Shown one piece after another: positions 58,780-64,000 of a stretch of 64,000 nt of DNA. The first letter of the stretch is position 1. Each line of letters starts with the position of its first letter. This DNA comes from Epithemia pelagica (lineage: Eukaryota > Protista > Bacillariophyta), in the NCBI GenBank assembly GCA_946965045.2, contig OX337241.1, positions 2,108,001 to 2,172,000 on the forward strand, written 5' to 3'. Made by a program: the position numbers and the translations under genes. Below the pieces are notes generated by a model. The model made no database searches, was not told where the DNA came from, and saw nothing but the letters and a program-made list of their open reading frames with translations.

Positions 58780-59556
58780 AATTCTCACCGTCTATGGTGG
58801 TTAGATTCTACATCTCATCGATTCCCCATGTCACATAGCCTCGTGCTATCGCATCATGCCATCTAGCTTCGAGCTATGTTCCCTAGCTTCGCGCTATATC
58901 GACCTATATTTCTTCGCAAATCATGAAAAGTGAGAATAGATTGACGAACTCACTCTCAAGACTAAACTGGGTCGTGCGGTATTACAACGGACATAAATTT
59001 GGCCGTTGCTTGGACATTATACTAACGCCCTAAGCGTACGCGCCCGAAATCATCGAGCGCGCCCAAGCGACATCCGAGCGCTGTCGGCATCTATCCGACC
59101 CAACGGTCTAAGTATCCCAAGCACGACACACGATCACGCGAGACCATATTTCCATTCCCACAATCTCCAAATTGTCAACAAGCTGCGCGCCATGAAAACA
59201 ACTATGCCAACCCAAAGCAAGAGCTGTTGACCCTGTATATGTTATCCATCCACATATACATGTCATATACATCACATGAATCGACTCCAACTATTCCAAA
59301 CCTGTTGCCGCCAAGAACCTATGACACATGACCCTTGGCAGGACCGAACATTTCACGTAGACCTATCGTAGTAATCAACACACAATCTAACAATATCACC
59401 ATTTATCACATCCTCTTTTGTGTCACGACTATCCTTCTGATAGACTTCGACTTGCTTGCTTCTCTGACCCTGAGAAGCTTGTATCGGTTGGTGACCTACC
59501 TGATTGTCTGCTCTACCAAGCATCAATGTCCCTACGATTCAGAAAGAATTGTAACA
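58774..59556 (+). repeat. 3' LTR of copy 2 (783 bp)
   Basis: Full-length TG..CA LTR. Confidence 0.97.
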
Positions 59557-60037
59557 GTCTTTCTCTCATGGTCTTGGATAAAACAAACCTTTGCTTATCA
59601 AGATCTCTTGTTCAATTTTGTACCTATTCATCATCATTCATATCCAAGCTCCGTGCTACTTTTCATTTTCAGGTTTGACAAAGCGCTATCGTGTTGATCC
59701 TCTCTCCCTATTTTTCTGTAGCTATAACAAAACACTAATTGCTTGATTTCTCTATCACTGCATCATAACTGCCGCTTTAATGAGTGTGAATCTTGAGTTG
59801 TAAGAGAATACTATATGCTCCTAGTCCTAGTGTTTTTGTTCTATTAGATTTTCATGATGGTTTTCATTGTGCACAAAGATCTGTTTACTATCGGCATCCA
59901 ACTTTCATCCTACAGCATCCTAGTAGAAGGGTGCATCACACGTGCAGCTACTCGTAGTTCGAGTTTGGAGGTCACGATGAAAAGAATCAAAGCCATGTGT
60001 TTTCTGGATTGTTTCCAAAACATACCACTGGTGCCAA

Positions 60038-63000
60038 TCAAAACGACCCGACACCTCTCATGGCAGCCAGCCGTTCTTCCATCGAAATCAAGGCCGATTG
60101 AACCGTCAGGCGATTCCCGGTCGTATTCGATTTCTGTTCCTGATGCAACTGTCGGATCCGTTCTTGAAGGGAGGGTAAATCCATGGCAATGACTTGACTC
60201 ACATGGTCCAAGAGGGGATGAGGATGACCCGTCACTCCCAAGGCCACCAAGACATTTTGCAAATAATCCAAATCCGCCTTGAGGTGCTCGCATCCCTTGA
60301 CGGTGAGCTGGGGAATGTTGAGAATACGCTCCACGAGCCGACCCGTGACAGCCAGTCCGACCACATCCAACCAAGCGTTGCAAAAGGCCGTCACCTTTTG
60401 ATCCCCTTCGTGTCCCTCTTCCTCGTCTTCGTCTTTTTCCTCGTCGTCCTCTTGGTGCACGTCACTGCCAGCCGCAATGGCAAATTCCTTGATTTCCTTG
60501 CCCGACATGAGTTGTTGCACCAACGTCGTCGTCGTGGAAGATGAGGATTCCTGAGGAGACAAGCCCGTGGCCGTGACAAAATCTCTCCAAGGTTGTTCTG
60601 CCACTTGACGAATGTTGGACATGACTTGATTGGCAATTTCCAAAGCTTGTGTATCCAAGGCAAAGGGTTCCAATGCTTGCACCAATGCCAATATGTGTTC
60701 TCCCACTTGTGTAATGTAGGATTGGGGAAGGGTCCCATAGGAATCCTGGACGGCATTCTCATCATCGGGGCTGGACGTCTTTTTCTTCCAAGTGGACAAG
60801 GATGCCATGGTTTGCAATTGCCGTTGAGGGACGGCAAAGCAAACGGCAAAGACAAATTGGTGACAGGCCGTCGCCAATTGTTGGACGGCAGCTTGTGTTT
60901 GTTCCAGAAGGACCACCGGAGCTGCCGTCGAGGAAGGAGCAGTATCCGCATTGGTTCCACTCAATCGTTGCATGACCGACACGGCCGCTTCCGCAGCTTG
61001 CATCGTGGTGGCAGTCTTGTTGTTGTTGTTGTTTGTGCCTCCTTGTTTGGTGGGTGGTGCAAACAAGTGGAGACACAAGTACGCATTGAGTTCGACGGGG
61101 GACAAGGAATCGGGCAATACAAAGGGGGAGGACGACGAGGCCATATTGCTGCTACTGCTATAGGGGGCCGACTCTTGGTCAGCAGCGGCCGCGGCTTGCT
61201 CCTGTCGTTCCCGTTCGGCCGCAACTTCGGTTTCGCGGGCCACGACGGTCGTATTCGTTTGGGCCATGGTTTGGAATCGTTGACGGACATGATCTTGCAA
61301 TTGCGTCACGACCGTTTGGGCTGTCGCGGCCACGTGCAAGACATGGAGGGCCGCCACCACGTGAGCATCGTCCAAACTCTGAGACGCCTCGCGGGCCCAC
61401 GACGGGAGTGAGGCATTGGAAGTTGTCGTTGTCGTCGAAAGGTGGTGACTCATGCGATGCAACTGCGCCACGACACTGTTCAATCGTTGTTCGACAGCTT
61501 GATCCATGACAGTCAAAATGTCCAATGCTTGATATCCTCCCTGCAACAATTCAAATCGTTCCAACACGGTTTGTCCACAGGGTTGAACCACGTGTTCTTG
61601 GACCACGACACGGAGCCCCGTGGTCACGGCCATTAAATCGTCGTCGTCGTCGTTCGTGTTGTTGGCATTGGGCTCCTCCATGCCGGTCCCTCCCACCAGG
61701 GTCGAGCAATTTTGAACGAGGGGGACAAACTGCTGGGTATGGGTCGTTTGCGCATGCGCGCGTTCCAAGTGTGCCAACTTGGTGCGATAGGTGGCAAAGG
61801 GAGCCGTAATTTGAACCAGGATGGAGGTCATGCGTTGATACATGTCCACCCCCGTGGGAATTTGGGTCGTGGAAGAAGAGGTGGTGGGACGACGGGCCGT
61901 CATGGGGGGTGCGGCCGACGATGACGACGATGTCGTTTCCGACCAATCCAACCAACAGGCGGCCATGGTATCATGGGCCATGGCCAAGAATTGCAAGGTG
62001 GATTGATAACTCTGGGCCAACCGGACCAAATGGGTTCCATTCTGCGTCGCGGTCGCCAAGCGACTGGTCCAACTGGGCACAAGGGGACGAAAGGTTTCTT
62101 GCAAGACGAGGGCCAACACGGTGGGAACGACATGGGCATGACTTGTTCCAAAGACGGCGGTCGCTTGGCGACGTTCTTCTTGCAACAATTGCAAGACGGA
62201 TTCAAACCAGGTGGGCAACCATTCGGTAAAGACACGACCCGCAGCATGCTCCTCGTGTGGTGCTTGGTGTGGTGGTAGGGCAACGTTGTTGTTGTTGTCG
62301 TGGTCGTTGGTGGGAGGTGCCGTATAATCAAACCAGGCCTTGTGCACGGCCTTGGGTCGACTGGCCACATATTGTTGCACCAGGGTATCCAACAAGTGCA
62401 ATTGCGCATAGAGACTGACACATTGTTGCAAGGGTCCCAACCGCGACGAGGACGACGACTGGAGGGCATGATGCAATTGCGGGGTCAAGAGATTGGAAAT
62501 TTGGACCCGTACCTTGGTCAAGGCCACGGTCCGATCTTGCACATGGGGCATGCCCCGCAAGGCATGTTCGCCCTGTTCCAACAAAGCCAATTTTTGAACC
62601 GCCAAGGGCAAGTTGCTGGCCAAAGGAGCCGCCGGTGTTGTTGTGGTTGTGGTCGTTGTGGCAGGGTCCTTGGCGGCAGGTGCCAAGAGGGGCGGAATTT
62701 CGGCCAAGGTGGTATCCCACGTGGCGGCGGCAGTCAAGATTTCATGAGTCCGTTTCAAATTGGCTTGCAAGGCATGCAAAGTGGACAAGGTTTCCAAGGA
62801 CGACGATGACGACGATGAAGTGGACTCCATGGGTTCTCCACTGGACGACGACGACAATGTCGCGTCCCCATGACCACGATGACTCGATCCACTCGTGGTG
62901 GCGGCTTGCAAGAGAGCCGAGGCATCGTGTTGCAAGGCTTGCAATCCCACACCGATGCGTCCCACATCGGCATGACAGCGTGGTAAAATGGCTTGCAATT

Positions 63001-63340
63001 CGGCTCCAATGCGACCAATTTCTTCGTGACAAAATTGAGTTTGCAATTGCAATTGCAAGGCCAATTCTGCCATGCGTTGTTGTTGCCAATCGTCGTCGGC
63101 AGCATGATTGGAGGAATGCTTGGTACTGGAGGCAGTAGTAGGTTTGGTGTTGGTGGCTTGCAAGGCCAAATTCAAATAGGCCGCCGTCGAAAAGCCATTC
63201 TTGTTCTCATCATCGTCGTTCGTGTTGGAAGCGGGCAATGCCAAGAGGGCCAACAATTGTTCTTCCACCGTGGCCGTACTACTGGACACGGACGACGACA
63301 CACTGGTCGAGGAGACTCTGGTGGTCGCAGGAGTGGTCAT
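60038..63340 (-). CDS. COG7: Conserved oligomeric Golgi complex subunit 7 (1100 aa with low-complexity insertions)
   Basis: N-terminal coiled coil (LQLQLQ..ILPR); LPQSYITQVGEHILALVQALEPF and LTVKGCEHLKADLDYLQNVLVALG match COG7 C-terminal motifs as recalled. Confidence 0.85.
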   Translation of the reverse strand: MTTPATTRVSSTSVSSSVSSSTATVEEQLLALLALPASNTNDDDENKNGFSTAAYLNLALQATNTKPTTASSTKHSSNHAADDDWQQQRMAELALQLQLQTQFCHEEIGRIGAELQAILPRCHADVGRIGVGLQALQHDASALLQAATTSGSSHRGHGDATLSSSSSGEPMESTSSSSSSSLETLSTLHALQANLKRTHEILTAAATWDTTLAEIPPLLAPAAKDPATTTTTTTTPAAPLASNLPLAVQKLALLEQGEHALRGMPHVQDRTVALTKVRVQISNLLTPQLHHALQSSSSSRLGPLQQCVSLYAQLHLLDTLVQQYVASRPKAVHKAWFDYTAPPTNDHDNNNNVALPPHQAPHEEHAAGRVFTEWLPTWFESVLQLLQEERRQATAVFGTSHAHVVPTVLALVLQETFRPLVPSWTSRLATATQNGTHLVRLAQSYQSTLQFLAMAHDTMAACWLDWSETTSSSSSAAPPMTARRPTTSSSTTQIPTGVDMYQRMTSILVQITAPFATYRTKLAHLERAHAQTTHTQQFVPLVQNCSTLVGGTGMEEPNANNTNDDDDDLMAVTTGLRVVVQEHVVQPCGQTVLERFELLQGGYQALDILTVMDQAVEQRLNSVVAQLHRMSHHLSTTTTTSNASLPSWAREASQSLDDAHVVAALHVLHVAATAQTVVTQLQDHVRQRFQTMAQTNTTVVARETEVAAERERQEQAAAAADQESAPYSSSSNMASSSSPFVLPDSLSPVELNAYLCLHLFAPPTKQGGTNNNNNKTATTMQAAEAAVSVMQRLSGTNADTAPSSTAAPVVLLEQTQAAVQQLATACHQFVFAVCFAVPQRQLQTMASLSTWKKKTSSPDDENAVQDSYGTLPQSYITQVGEHILALVQALEPFALDTQALEIANQVMSNIRQVAEQPWRDFVTATGLSPQESSSSTTTTLVQQLMSGKEIKEFAIAAGSDVHQEDDEEKDEDEEEGHEGDQKVTAFCNAWLDVVGLAVTGRLVERILNIPQLTVKGCEHLKADLDYLQNVLVALGVTGHPHPLLDHVSQVIAMDLPSLQERIRQLHQEQKSNTTGNRLTVQSALISMEERLAAMRGVGSF

Positions 63341-64000
63341 GATCCGTAGGTTTTGTGGTGCACCTTTTTTTGTGGTCGTTCTTCTCCTTCCTCTGTTCTC
63401 CCCGACAGCCCCAGAATCTCAACAATCTGCGGCACGAAACAGCAATCGACAAGAACCTTGCACCACGAGGACAGACACAGAAAGAAGATCCTCTTCCCTT
63501 GTTGACGTCCTGGTCAAGCTTGGATGTTGGAAGTTGGAATTGTGACAGACCAGAAGAATCTGGGGGTCGGGGGGTCATTTGGAACGACACGCCCCCTTTT
63601 TAGGTGGGGGTTCTTTTCCATGACGTCATAAAAAAAACGACCTTGAAGCGACCACTGATTCCCACCATATTAATATTATGGTTTTCGTGGGAACAGCGCA
63701 GAAAAAGAAGGAATCTGGATGTCCTTCTGTCGGACCGAATTCTGCCAACACACGAAACGAACGAACGTCGTCGTCGCCGCCGCCGCCATGTTTTGGGGTT
63801 CCAGAAATCACATTACGCAACAACAACAAACTCACAGAGCAACAACAGAACTGCAACCTGCAACATCTTCTTCTTCTTTGGCGTTTCCCCCACCAAACCA
63901 AACTATCCAACCAACCAACCCTCTCGATTACCACAATGACAGTATCGATTCGCACCTTTGTGTTCTTGTTATGGGTCTGGCGTTGCGTCACCACCAGCCA

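Larger units (their letters stand above)
51485..59556 (+). mobile_element. Ty1/copia family A copy 2
   Basis: LTRs at 51485-51955 and 58774-59556; TSD GTCTT (51480-51484, 59557-59561); nearly identical to copy 1. Confidence 0.97.

Noticed and set aside
60194-63545. Antisense and alternate-frame ORFs over COG7 (also over SPB1 and gag-pol)
   Set aside because: Shadows of long real CDSs.

Overview
Eukaryotic window, most likely a diatom (inferred from CoDi-type copia elements, short GT-AG introns and gene content). About two thirds is nested mobile DNA. Left to right: a Kelch-repeat pseudogene; a ~9.1 kb TIR-bounded DNA transposon (1801-10943) encoding a RAG1/Transib-type DDE transposase plus a convergent partner gene, which appears interrupted by a ~2.6 kb tyrosine-recombinase (Crypton-like) cassette with a long terminal palindrome and subterminal inverted repeats; a CRE-like non-LTR retrotransposon split by a copia element (TSD CTGGG), which is itself interrupted by a 1.6 kb non-coding element with a 204-nt terminal hairpin; a membrane-protein gene and an ABCG transporter; a deletion-fused gypsy/copia/copia stack; SPB1, a secreted fasciclin with a Lys/Gly/Tyr repeat tail, a DnaJ gene and a decayed relic; a second copy of the first copia family (TSD GTCTT); and COG7. 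Best candidates for new biology: (1) the RAG1-like two-gene transposon with a CACAATAG end; (2) hairpin-ended elements, one recombinase-coding and one non-coding, sharing CTCG and CTAAGTAG motifs; (3) copia features shared by two divergent families: an extra ORF upstream of gag, a near-identical 289-bp spacer and a primer site matching a tRNA-Asn anticodon arm. All homology calls are by eye from motifs; no searches were run.
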